A DNA stretch of 64,000 bases from an uncultured Actinomycetota bacterium. Lineage in GTDB: Bacteria > Actinomycetota > Actinomycetes > Actinomycetales > Cellulomonadaceae. Positions 47,302 to 56,239 of the stretch are shown piece after piece. Location: NCBI GenBank assembly GCA_963807045.1, contig CAWDZL010000002.1, positions 1,664,118-1,728,117 of the forward strand, given 5' to 3'. Both the position numbers and the translations under genes were made by a program. The notes beneath the pieces were generated by a model, which searched no databases, had not been told where the DNA came from, and saw only the letters and a program-made list of their open reading frames with translations. Every line of letters starts with the position of its first letter. The stretch's first letter is position 1.

Positions 47302-49410
47302 TCAGACCCCGACCGGCACCCGCTCCAGCACCGGCTCGTCCTCCGGCTCCTCCGACCGACGCGCGAGCTTCGACGGCCACCACATGACGCGGCCGACGTC
47401 GAGGTTCAGCGCCGTGACCAGCACGGACCGCACGATGATCGTGTCGAGCAGCACGCCGAAGGCGACCGCGAACCCGATCTCGACGAACGTCGTCAGCGGC
47501 AGGGTGGTCATCACCGCGAACGTGCCGGCGAGCACGAGGCCGGCCGACGTGATAACGCCGCCCGTGGCCGCGAGGCCGATGAGCGAGCCGCGGCGGTGCC
47601 CGACGCGCTCGGCCTCCTCCCGCACGCGGGTCATGAGGAAGATGTTGTAGTCGATGCCGAGCGCGACGAGGAACGTGAAGACGAACAGCGGGAGCTGGGC
47701 GTCCGCACCCTCGAAGCCGAACCCGTGCCGGAAGATCAGTGCCGAAGCGCCGAGCGCCGCGCCGAACGACAGCACCACGGTGCCGATGAGGATCAGCGGG
47801 GCGACGACCGCCCGCAGCAGCACCATGAGGATCAGGAAGACCGCGAGGAGCATCAGCGGGATGACCACCTGGCTGTCCTGCCACGCGGCCCGCTCCATGT
47901 CGAGGGTGATCGCGGTGCTGCCGCCCACCAGGGCGTTCGAGTCCGGGACGGCGTGCACGGCGTCCCGCACGCGGTCGATCGTGTCGAACGCCGCCTCGCT
48001 GTCCGGCGACGACGTCAGCGTGCCTTCCAGGTAGGCGTGCCCGGCCATGACCGCGGGCTCCGTGACCGACCCCGGGTCGATGCCCTCCGTGCCGGCGAAG
48101 GCGTCGCGCACCGCCTGCGCGGCGTCGGCGTCCGCGATCACCACGACCGGCTGGCCGGCGCCGCCGTCGAAGTGCGCAGCGAGCACCTTGCCGCCCTCGA
48201 TCGCGGGCTGCGTCTCGGTGTAGGAGCCCTCGGTGGAGAGGCCGGTGGCGTTGAGCTGCGTGATGCCGAGCGCTGCGACCGCCAGGACGAGTGCAGTACC
48301 GATCCAGGTGCGTCGCGGGTGCTTCGCGATCCGGGTGCCGACCCGGGCCCAGAACCCCTCGGTGGTGGGCTCGGGGTCGCCGACGTGCGGGACGCGCGGC
48401 CAGAACACCCACCGGCCGACCAGCACGAGCAGGGCGGGCAGCAGCGTCAGCATGACCAGCAGGCCGACGATGATGCCGACGGCCGCGACGGGGCCAAGGC
48501 CGGAGCTGGACCGGATGGTGGCGAACAGCAGGCACAGCATGCCGATCGCGACCGTGGCGCCCGACGCGATGATCGCCGGGCTGGCGCGGTGCAGGGCGAC
48601 GGCCATGGCCGCGTGCCGGTCGGAGTGGCGGCGCAGCTCCTCCCGGTAGCGCGCGACGAGCAGCAGGGCGTAGTCGGTGCCCGCGCCGAAGACGAGCACG
48701 GTGAGGATGCCGGAGCTCTGCGCGTTCACCGTCAGGCCCATGTGGTCCACGAGCAGGTACACGACCGCCTGTGCGACCGTCAGCGCGACACCGGCGGAGA
48801 TCACCGGCAGCAGCCACAGCACCGGGCTGCGGTAGGTCAGCAGCAGGATGACGATGACGACCCCGGCCGCCGCGTAGAGCAGCGTGGACTCGATGCCGTC
48901 GAAGGCGCCCGACGAGTCCGCCGCGTAACCCGCGGGCCCGGTGACGTACACGTCCATGCCGTTCGCGCCGTCCTCCGCCGTCGAGCGCATGTCCGCGACC
49001 TTGTCCTTGGCCAGCTTCCAGCCGTCGGGTCCCAGGTTCAGGGGGACGAGCACCTGGACGGCCTCGCCGTCCTTCGACGGCACCGGCCCGACGACGTCGC
49101 CGTCCAGCGCCGGGATCGTGGCGAACTGCGCGACGTCGGCGGCGACCTTCGCGGTGTCGGCCTCGGTCAGGCCGCCCTTGCGCTCGTAGACGAGCACCGC
49201 GGGGATCGTGTCCGAGGAGACGAACGTCGAGGCGACGTCCAGCACCTGGGTGGACTCGGCGTCGGTGGGGAGCCAGCTCTTGGCCTCGTTGTTCTGGACG
49301 CCGGTCAGCTTGCCCGCGAGCGGGCCCAGCAGAGCGACGACGATGAGCCAGAACGCGATGACCGCGAACTTGGCATAGCGGTGCGTGATCCAGCCTGCGA
49401 CGGAAGACAT
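47302..49410 (-). CDS. MMPL family (RND superfamily) transporter
   Basis: 702 aa with two 6-TM bundles and periplasmic domains, typical of MMPL proteins. Confidence 0.85.
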   Translation of the reverse strand: MSSVAGWITHRYAKFAVIAFWLIVVALLGPLAGKLTGVQNNEAKSWLPTDAESTQVLDVASTFVSSDTIPAVLVYERKGGLTEADTAKVAADVAQFATIPALDGDVVGPVPSKDGEAVQVLVPLNLGPDGWKLAKDKVADMRSTAEDGANGMDVYVTGPAGYAADSSGAFDGIESTLLYAAAGVVIVILLLTYRSPVLWLLPVISAGVALTVAQAVVYLLVDHMGLTVNAQSSGILTVLVFGAGTDYALLLVARYREELRRHSDRHAAMAVALHRASPAIIASGATVAIGMLCLLFATIRSSSGLGPVAAVGIIVGLLVMLTLLPALLVLVGRWVFWPRVPHVGDPEPTTEGFWARVGTRIAKHPRRTWIGTALVLAVAALGITQLNATGLSTEGSYTETQPAIEGGKVLAAHFDGGAGQPVVVIADADAAQAVRDAFAGTEGIDPGSVTEPAVMAGHAYLEGTLTSSPDSEAAFDTIDRVRDAVHAVPDSNALVGGSTAITLDMERAAWQDSQVVIPLMLLAVFLILMVLLRAVVAPLILIGTVVLSFGAALGASALIFRHGFGFEGADAQLPLFVFTFLVALGIDYNIFLMTRVREEAERVGHRRGSLIGLAATGGVITSAGLVLAGTFAVMTTLPLTTFVEIGFAVAFGVLLDTIIVRSVLVTALNLDVGRVMWWPSKLARRSEEPEDEPVLERVPVGV

Positions 49411-49590
49411 GGGGGTCCCTGGGAGAAGGCGACGGTGGCGGTGTGGGCCGGGGCGTCGTGGGAGATTCGTCCGGCGTGACCAGTGTTCCGTCGCCGGGGG
49501 AATGCGCCCATGGGGGAGGCCCCGGAGCGCACCCTGAACGCCGGGCCGGGTCTCTCGGGGGTGGGCCGGGGTGGGCGTGGGGGGCGTGGG

Positions 49591-49998
49591 TCAGTCGCGG
49601 CCGACGACGCCGTCCACGTACAGCCAGGCGCCGCGCTCGCGCACGAACCGGCTGACCTCGTGCAGCGCGCCCCGGCCGCTCGGTGAGCGGTAGTGGGCCC
49701 GGAACTCGACCACGCCGTCGTCGTCCGCGAGGCCGCCGCGCTCGGTGCGCACGACATCGAGGCGGTACCAGCGCAGGTCAGGGTCGAGATCGAGGTCGTG
49801 CGGGCGTGTGCGCGGGTGCCAGGTGCGTGTCAGGTACTCGGCGTCGCCGCGCGCGAACGCGCTGAACCGGGCGCGCATGAGGGCCTCGGCGGTGACGGCG
49901 CGGCCGCCGTCGTGCAGCGGGCCGCAGCACTCCACGTAGGTGAGGCCGGTGCCGCACGGGCAGCGCTCGGGGCGGGGGTCGGTCGGGGCCGGGGTCAT
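49591..49998 (-). CDS. YchJ family (UPF0225, SEC-C motif) protein
   Basis: CPCGTG...YVECCGP metal-binding motif. ATG 49998 overlaps the upstream stop. Confidence 0.7.
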   Translation of the reverse strand: MTPAPTDPRPERCPCGTGLTYVECCGPLHDGGRAVTAEALMRARFSAFARGDAEYLTRTWHPRTRPHDLDLDPDLRWYRLDVVRTERGGLADDDGVVEFRAHYRSPSGRGALHEVSRFVRERGAWLYVDGVVGRD

Positions 49999-50384
49999 GC
50001 GCCCTCGATCGCACGCAGGATGTCGGCACCCGTCGCGACGACCACCACGTCGTCCCCGAGCGGGTCTGGCAGGTGCGCGATCGCGCTCTTGTCGAAGACG
50101 AGGGTCGGGCAGCCGACCGGCATGATCGTCAGCCCGGCCCGTCCGCCGATGTCGGCGAGCACGTCCCACGCCTCGCGCCCCGCGATGTGGGTCAGCATGA
50201 AGCCCGTTGTGAGGTCGTCGGTGCCGTAGATCTCAGCGTCGCCGTCGGCGAACCGGAGGTTCCCCCGCCGAGGGTCGCCGTCGCGCGGCTCGAGGTAGGG
50301 CTGGAGGAGCTCCGTCAGGAGCGCCGCGTCGGCGGGAGCAGCGTCGCGGTCACGGAAGCGCTGCACGTAGACGTCGAAGCTCAT
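49995..50384 (-). CDS. hypothetical protein (129 aa)
   Basis: Protein-like composition. Translationally coupled to the YchJ gene. Confidence 0.5.
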   Translation of the reverse strand: MSFDVYVQRFRDRDAAPADAALLTELLQPYLEPRDGDPRRGNLRFADGDAEIYGTDDLTTGFMLTHIAGREAWDVLADIGGRAGLTIMPVGCPTLVFDKSAIAHLPDPLGDDVVVVATGADILRAIEGA

Positions 50385-50542
50385 GGCGGCAGCCTCGCAG
50401 CGCCGTCGATCTTGCCTCCAACCCGCTCACCTGTCGGCCGCCGTCGTGTCACGGGCTTCCGCTTCCTTGGCCTCCTCGACCTCGAGCGGGCCTGCGACAT
50501 CGCGCGCATCCCTGATCTGGCTTTGTAGGCGAGGATCGGGGC

Positions 50543-51163
50543 GTGGAACTGTCGGAGGTCGTGCGCCGTCGGCGGATGGTGCGCCGCTACCTGCCTGAGC
50601 CGGTGGACCGGGCTGTCGTCGACCGGATGCTCGCCGCGGCGGTGCGCGCGCCGAGCGCCGGGTTCACGCAGGGCTGGGCGTTCCTCGTGCTCGACCGGCC
50701 CGACGACGTCGACCGGTTCTGGGTGGCGACGACGCCTCCCGAGCGCGCGACCGAGCCGGACGCGTGGCTCCGCGGGATGCGGACCGCGCCCGTCGTCATC
50801 GTGCCGCTGTCCAGCGAGGCCGCCTACGTCGGCCGTTACGCCGAGCCCGACAAGGGCTGGACCGACGCCGACGCGGTGCGCTGGCCGGTGCCGTACTGGT
50901 ACGTCGACGCTGGGATGGCGTCGCTGCTCGCGCTGCTCACCGCCGTGGACGAGGGCCTCGGCGCGGCGTTCTTCGGCGTGCCCGCTGCGGGCGTCGCGCC
51001 GCTGCGGGAGGCGTTCGGGATCCCCGAGGAGTACGCGCCGGTCGGGGCGATCGTCGTCGGGCATCCCGCGCCGCCCACCGAGCCGGGCGCCGCGGGATCG
51101 CCGTCCCGGCGACGCCGTCGACCGCTCGACGAGGTGGTGCACCGGGGCCGCTGGTCCACCTGA
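50543..51163 (+). CDS. nitroreductase family protein (FbiB C-terminal-domain-like, stand-alone)
   Basis: Nitroreductase fold signatures (RRMVRRY, RAPSAGFTQGW). It is convergent with cofC. Confidence 0.65.
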   Translation: MELSEVVRRRRMVRRYLPEPVDRAVVDRMLAAAVRAPSAGFTQGWAFLVLDRPDDVDRFWVATTPPERATEPDAWLRGMRTAPVVIVPLSSEAAYVGRYAEPDKGWTDADAVRWPVPYWYVDAGMASLLALLTAVDEGLGAAFFGVPAAGVAPLREAFGIPEEYAPVGAIVVGHPAPPTEPGAAGSPSRRRRRPLDEVVHRGRWST

Positions 51164-51165
51164 GG

Positions 51166-51831
51166 TCAGCCGCCCAGGCGCGCGCGCACGGCGTCGGGCA
51201 GGGCGAGCCAGTCCGCCGGGGTGTCGAGGTCGGTCGCCGTCCCCGAGCGCTGCACGACGGCGGTCGCCAGCCCGAGCGCGGCGGCCTCCGCGTAGTGCGC
51301 GGCGCAGCTGCCGACACCGAACCGGAACACGAAGTCGTGCACGTCCGCGCCCAGGACCAGGGCGTTCGTCCCCGAGCCGGCGCCGTCCGGTGCGATGACC
51401 ACCGGGGCGTCGGGGGCGAGGAGCGCGGCGACGTCGTCGGGCGTGAGCAGCGGCAGGTCCGCGTGGATCACGAGCACCCGAGCGGCGCCGTCGGCCACCG
51501 CGGCCTCCTGGCCGAGCGCGACCGCCTCGTTGAGTCCCCGGCGGTCGGGGGCCTGTGCCAGCACGCGCAGGCGCGGGTCCGTGGGGAGGGCGTCCGCCGC
51601 GAACTCCGGGTCGCCCGTGACGACCAGCACGCCCGCCACGGCCGGAGCGTCGAGCAGCGTGCCGACCACATGCCGCGCGAGCAGCGTCACGAGCCGGGCG
51701 CGCTCGGCGTCGTCGAAGCGCTCGGCCAGGCGCGTCTTGCCGCTCGACCCGTCGCGCAGCGGTACGACGGCGAGCACCGGACCGCGCGCGTGGCCTCCCG
51801 GGGCGACGCCGCCGACGTCGTCCCTGCTCAC
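51166..51831 (-). CDS. cofC: 2-phospho-L-lactate guanylyltransferase (CofC/FbiD)
   Basis: AVVPLRDGSSGKTRL N-terminal motif. GTG 51831 overlaps the cofD stop. Confidence 0.8.
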   Translation of the reverse strand: MSRDDVGGVAPGGHARGPVLAVVPLRDGSSGKTRLAERFDDAERARLVTLLARHVVGTLLDAPAVAGVLVVTGDPEFAADALPTDPRLRVLAQAPDRRGLNEAVALGQEAAVADGAARVLVIHADLPLLTPDDVAALLAPDAPVVIAPDGAGSGTNALVLGADVHDFVFRFGVGSCAAHYAEAAALGLATAVVQRSGTATDLDTPADWLALPDAVRARLGG

Positions 51832-52772
51832 CGGGCGTTCTCGGCCGCGGCGAGGATCTCCCGCGCCAGCCGCGCACGGTCCTCGCCCTGGCCCATGACG
51901 GTGTGCGCGGTCGCGACGCGCATGCCCAGGTCGGCGATCGCGGGCGCCAGGGCGGTGTCCTCCTTGTCCATGACGAACACGTCCACGAGCCCGGCGTAGA
52001 GGCGCGCGACGCCGAGCGCCGACACGTCGTGGCCGAGGCTCGCGAGCATCGCGGCGGCCGGCCCCTTCAGCGCCCGCCCGCCGACCACCGGGCTCACGGC
52101 CACGCGCCGGGCCGCCGACCCGGCCAGCGCCTCGCGCGCCCCCGGCACCGCGAGGATCGGCCCGATGCTCACGAACGGGTTGGACGGCCCCAGCACGACG
52201 ACGTCCGACGATGTCAGTGCCGCCAGCACCCCGGGCGCCGGGCGGGCCGCGTCGATCCCGTCGAGCTCGACGCCCAGCACCGTGTCCGCGTGCCGCCGTC
52301 CGACGAAGTACTCCTGGAAGCCGAGCCGGCCGGCTGCGGTGAGCAGCGTCGTCGCCACCCGGTCGTCGCTCATGGGCAGCACCCGCGCGCCGACGCCGAG
52401 CGCCGCGCACAGCTGTGCGGTGACCTCGGTGAGGGTCGCGCCGGCGCGTAGGCGGGCGGTGCGGACGACGTGCGTGGCGAGGTCCTTGTCCCCGAGCAGG
52501 AACCAGGTGTCCGCCCCGAGCTCGCCCATGGCGGTGTGCGCGACGGACGTGTCGCCCGCGACGCCCCAGCCCTTGGCCGGGTCGATGCGTCCCGCGAGCG
52601 TGTACATGACGGTGTCGACGTCGGGGCTGATCCACAGGCCGTGGAGCTCGGTGTCGTCGGCCGTGTTCGCGACGACGGTCAGCTCGACGGGCAGCTGGGC
52701 GAACCCGTGCGCGAGCTTGGCGCCGCCGCCACCGCCGGAGAGGACCGTGACGGACGGGCTGGAGGCGGGCAC
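51828..52772 (-). CDS. cofD: 2-phospho-L-lactate transferase (CofD/FbiA)
   Basis: VTVLSGGGGGAKL N-terminal glycine-rich motif and CofD family length. Confidence 0.85.
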   Translation of the reverse strand: MPASSPSVTVLSGGGGGAKLAHGFAQLPVELTVVANTADDTELHGLWISPDVDTVMYTLAGRIDPAKGWGVAGDTSVAHTAMGELGADTWFLLGDKDLATHVVRTARLRAGATLTEVTAQLCAALGVGARVLPMSDDRVATTLLTAAGRLGFQEYFVGRRHADTVLGVELDGIDAARPAPGVLAALTSSDVVVLGPSNPFVSIGPILAVPGAREALAGSAARRVAVSPVVGGRALKGPAAAMLASLGHDVSALGVARLYAGLVDVFVMDKEDTALAPAIADLGMRVATAHTVMGQGEDRARLAREILAAAENAR

Positions 52773-52795
52773 CCGCCCACGATAAGCGCCTGGCG

Positions 52796-53287
52796 TCAGC
52801 CGCAGGCGTCGCAGACGCCGGTGCCGGGCAGCGCCGTGAAGCAGGTCGGGCAGATCACCATGCGCTCCTCGCGCACCACGTCGGCGCGGGCCGAGTTCGC
52901 CCGTGTCGGCGGGCGGGGTGCGGCGGGGGCGGCGCTGCGGGGTGCGCGGGGAGCGCGAGGGGTGCGGGCAGCGCGGGTGGCCGGCTTCGCTAGGCCGCTG
53001 GACGGCGTCGTCGGCTCGGTCACGTCGAAGCCCCGGCGGCGCAGGATCCCGAGCGCGCCGGGCATCTCGTTCCCCACCTCGTCCGGCGTCGCGAGGCGCC
53101 CGGTGGCGAAGCGGTGCGCGACGCCGAGGATCGCCTGAGCGTCGTAGCTGCGACCGTCGTGCACGAGGGTGAAGGCGGGCGAGGGCTCGAACCCGTAGAG
53201 CTCGAGGAACTGCTCGCAGCCCCGCTCGTCGTACTCCGCGATCGCCTGGAACACGTGCTGAGAAGTCACCGAGCTGAGGGTTGCCAC
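52796..53287 (-). CDS. hypothetical protein with C-terminal zinc-ribbon (CPTC...CDAC)
   Basis: 163 aa with a conserved-looking N-terminal domain, an Ala/Pro-rich linker, and a terminal C4 zinc ribbon. Confidence 0.5.
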   Translation of the reverse strand: MATLSSVTSQHVFQAIAEYDERGCEQFLELYGFEPSPAFTLVHDGRSYDAQAILGVAHRFATGRLATPDEVGNEMPGALGILRRRGFDVTEPTTPSSGLAKPATRAARTPRAPRAPRSAAPAAPRPPTRANSARADVVREERMVICPTCFTALPGTGVCDACG

Positions 53288-53345
53288 GCCCTTGAGCCTA
53301 CGTCGGTGCGTCTAGGACTTCCGCCGCCGGACCGTCCGCGGGCGG

Positions 53346-53633
53346 TCAGCGGAGGGCGGCGGCCGCGCGGTCGAGCAGGTCGTCGACGGGCCGCTGCACG
53401 TATCCGCGGCGGAACTTCGTGGCCCCGAACTTGGCATTCATCACCTGGTCGGCGGTCATGGTCGGGGCGTGGCCGCGCTCGCGGGCCTCCAGCGCCTGAG
53501 CGATGGCGGCCAGCAGCCCGTTGACCGCCTCGATCTCGTAGCCCTCGCCCCAGCGGGTCACCGGGAGCGTCGTCGCGCGCAGCTCGGCGACGGTGATGGG
53601 CGTCTGGAAGGAACCGGAACCGGACCATGTCAT
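53346..53633 (-). CDS. DivIVA domain-containing protein
   Basis: DivIVA-like N-terminal region (VTRWGEGYEIEAVNGLLAAIAQALE). Confidence 0.6.
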   Translation of the reverse strand: MTWSGSGSFQTPITVAELRATTLPVTRWGEGYEIEAVNGLLAAIAQALEARERGHAPTMTADQVMNAKFGATKFRRGYVQRPVDDLLDRAAAALR

Positions 53634-53784
53634 GGACGGATGGTGCCACGGCAGGGTCCGGCGTCGTGCGCGTTCTGTCCGGGGGCCTCGAGGCCGTGCG
53701 GGCCACCGCGCTCAGCAAGGCCGAGGGCCTGAGCCGGCCCGTCGGGACTGTCGGCTTCTTCGCGCTGAACATCACCCCCCCGCG

Positions 53785-53838
53785 CCCGAGGCTGGGAGGG
53801 TTAGGTGCCTCCTGGCGCGACAACCCTCCCAACCTCGG
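53785..53838. repeat. 52-bp direct repeat copy A containing hairpin TGGGAGGGTT-N19-AACCCTCCCA
   Basis: Near-identical to 54314-54365 (2 mismatches). It lies downstream of lipoprotein gene 53854-54168. Confidence 0.8.
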
Positions 53839-53853
53839 GCGCAGGCGTCCGCC

Positions 53854-54168
53854 TCAGCCGGCCGGCGTCACCCGCGCGGTCCCGTCGCGCACGACGATCT
53901 GCTGGTCGGGGCACACCGGCCCCGGTACGGTCACCCGGCGCCCCGAGGGGAACGTGACGACGACGTCGCCGGGCGAGCAGCCGTAGTCCAGGAGCACGGC
54001 GCCGCCGTCGGCGTCCACGGTGAACGGGTCCTCGTCGCCGGGATCGATCACGACGTCGTCCGGGCCTCGGTTCTCGATCGACAGGTCGCCGGCGTCGGCG
54101 CACCCGGTCAGTACCGCTGCCGCGACGACGAGCAGCACGCTCGCGGCGATCCTCGTCCGGCCGCTCAT
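53854..54168 (-). CDS. small lipoprotein
   Basis: Signal peptide with lipobox LTGC. ATG 54168 is in frame within track ORF 53854..54291. Confidence 0.5.
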   Translation of the reverse strand: MSGRTRIAASVLLVVAAAVLTGCADAGDLSIENRGPDDVVIDPGDEDPFTVDADGGAVLLDYGCSPGDVVVTFPSGRRVTVPGPVCPDQQIVVRDGTARVTPAG

Positions 54169-54313
54169 CCGTGCCCCCGTCCCGCCGCCCGTCCCGTGCT
54201 CGCGACCGCTTCGCGCTCCGGCCCATCCCGTGCTCCCGACCATAGCCAGGCCCGCTCGGCGCCACGGGCACCACCACACCCTCGCCACCATCCCTCCACG
54301 CCGACGACGCGGC

Positions 54314-54365
54314 GCCGAGGCTGGGAGGGTTAGGTGCCTCCCGGCGCGACAACCCTCCCAGCCTC
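54314..54365. repeat. 52-bp direct repeat copy B (same hairpin-containing unit)
   Basis: Read in the sequence. It lies downstream of lipoprotein gene 54403-55099. Confidence 0.8.
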
Positions 54366-54402
54366 GCCCCAGGCGGGCTGGGGCCGGGGGCGGGCGTTCG
54401 GC

Positions 54403-55099
54403 TCAGTCGCTCATGGACGCGCAGGTCAGCGACGTCGGGTCCAGGTCCACGAGGGCGGTCGCGTCCGCGTTCGGGCCCCACGCCGCCTGCACGGGGATGG
54501 TCTCGCCGGTCGAGACGCCGGACCCGGGGTAGATCGCGGCCGCGGGCGCGCCGTCGCAGAGCCTCGAGCAGCGCAGGGGTGCCGTCCGGCGGGCGCACGA
54601 CGACGGCGTCGATCACCACCCAGGTCGGGGTGCCGTCCGCCATCGCCCCTGTCGAGCGGAAGAGCGCGAGGAGCGCGGCGTCCGTGGGCCCAGGTGTGCC
54701 GCCGGGGCCGACGACGGCCGCCCCGCCGATCGAGTACCCGCACGTCTCGCCGCTCCCACCGTCGAAGCACGAGCCGAACGTCGTGACCAGAGTCAGGGGC
54801 GTCCCGCCGACCACCCAGTGCCACGCACCGTCCGCGCCGCTCTCGTCGTAGGAGTCCTGGCCGATGAGCGACGCCGGGTCGGGGAACCCCGGCGGGAGGG
54901 CGTCGGCGTCGGGCGTGGGGGTGGGTGCTGACGTGGGCGTCGGGGTGGCCTTCGGAGCCGACGTCTTCGCGGGCGCCGATGTCGAGGGCGTGGCCGACGG
55001 CGTCGGGCCGGGCTCGCTGCCACCCGAGCCGCAGGCGGTGACTGCCCAGGTCAGCACCAGTGCGCCTACCAGGACCGCGGTGCCGCGCCTCGCCGTCAT
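54403..55099 (-). CDS. PT-linker lipoprotein; apparent frameshift near 54553-54565
   Basis: MTARRGTAVLVGALVLTWAVTAC lipobox, then a PT-rich linker and a domain. The reading frame switches after ...DGTPALLEAL, then reaches TGA at 54403 in the +1 frame. Confidence 0.45.
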
Positions 55100-55215
55100 G
55101 CCGCCTCCATCGCCGGTACGGCCAGCGTAGTGATCATGGCCTGCGCCGGCAGGTGGGAGCGCCTGGTCCGACGTTGGGCTCAAGGATGCGGCCCTCCGCC
55201 CCGAGGTCTTGAGGT

Positions 55216-55764
55216 GTGAGGGACGAACCGACAGCGAACGGTCGTGGGCGCTGGGCCGACGTCGCCGACACGGCGCGCGCCCTGGTGGTCGGTGAGCCGC
55301 CGAAGGTGGCGCGGGCGAGGTGGCCTCGCGCGCGGAGGGTCGCCTGGCACCGCGTGCGCGTCGAGGTCGACCGGCTCGTCTGGCCGTCGCGCACGGGGGC
55401 CTCGGGTGCGATCCTGCTGGGTCAGATCGCGCGGATAGCCCTCGTGGAGGTGGCGTACCCGAAGGGGGCGGTCGTGCTCTACGCCCTGGTGATCGACACT
55501 GAGGGTGCCGTTCGCGTGCGCATCGCAGCAAGCGGGAGCCGGACGGCGCGCGGGGTCGTCGGCAAGCGTCGGCTGCGCGAGATGTGCGAGGGGCTCAGGG
55601 TGCCGGTGACGCGCGAGAACCTCGTGCTCGGCCGGCCGAAGGACTACCGGCAGCAGTGGCCTGAGGCGTTCTCGTTCCTGCGCGCATACCCGTGCTCCAC
55701 CGCCGTGGCGGCATTCGTGGCCTGGATGGTCGTGGTGCCGGTGCTCGACCGGGTGCTGGGCTGA
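55216..55764 (+). CDS. hypothetical protein
   Basis: The C-terminal half is protein-like. Start is uncertain. Confidence 0.35.
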   Translation: MRDEPTANGRGRWADVADTARALVVGEPPKVARARWPRARRVAWHRVRVEVDRLVWPSRTGASGAILLGQIARIALVEVAYPKGAVVLYALVIDTEGAVRVRIAASGSRTARGVVGKRRLREMCEGLRVPVTRENLVLGRPKDYRQQWPEAFSFLRAYPCSTAVAAFVAWMVVVPVLDRVLG

Positions 55765-55797
55765 CCGCGGGGCCGGTGGCCCTGCGGGAGGCGGGCG

Positions 55798-56112
55798 TCA
55801 CGCCGTCGGCGGCGCCGCCAGGTCGAAGACGAGGACGGCGTCGGCGTTGTCGCCGATCAGGCGCGCGAGCGGCTGGTGCGTGGGGTGCGGCAGGTACGCG
55901 TCGCGAGCCGCGGCGTCGACGAAGCGCATGTACAGGCCGTACTCGAAGCCCTGCTCGAGCCCCTCGGGGCTCACGCCCGGACCATGGGTGGTCTCGACGA
56001 CGCCCGGGATCTCCGCCCGCACCGCCGCCACCAGCCGCTCGATGCGCGCCGCGACGTCGGGCGCCGCCGTGGACGACCACCGCATCAGCACCACGTGGAT
56101 GACCTCGGCCAC
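55798..56112 (-). CDS. Dabb family (stress-responsive alpha/beta-barrel) protein
   Basis: About 104 aa with a Dabb-like sequence. GTG 56112 was chosen. Confidence 0.6.
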   Translation of the reverse strand: MAEVIHVVLMRWSSTAAPDVAARIERLVAAVRAEIPGVVETTHGPGVSPEGLEQGFEYGLYMRFVDAAARDAYLPHPTHQPLARLIGDNADAVLVFDLAAPPTA

Positions 56113-56239
56113 TGCGACTCCTCCCGGCAGGACGCGTCCCATGATGCCGGTCGCGGCGGATGCCGGCCGGCCGACGGCACCCACCTGGTGCGCTCCGCCT
56201 GCATCCGGGTCACCGACCGAACCCTCGGCGACCCGCGCT

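Noticed and set aside
53801-55531. 576-aa minus-strand ORF
   Set aside because: Only the lipoprotein segment (55099 to about 54560) is protein-like. Upstream and downstream of that segment it is R-rich junk, and the true gene changes frame.
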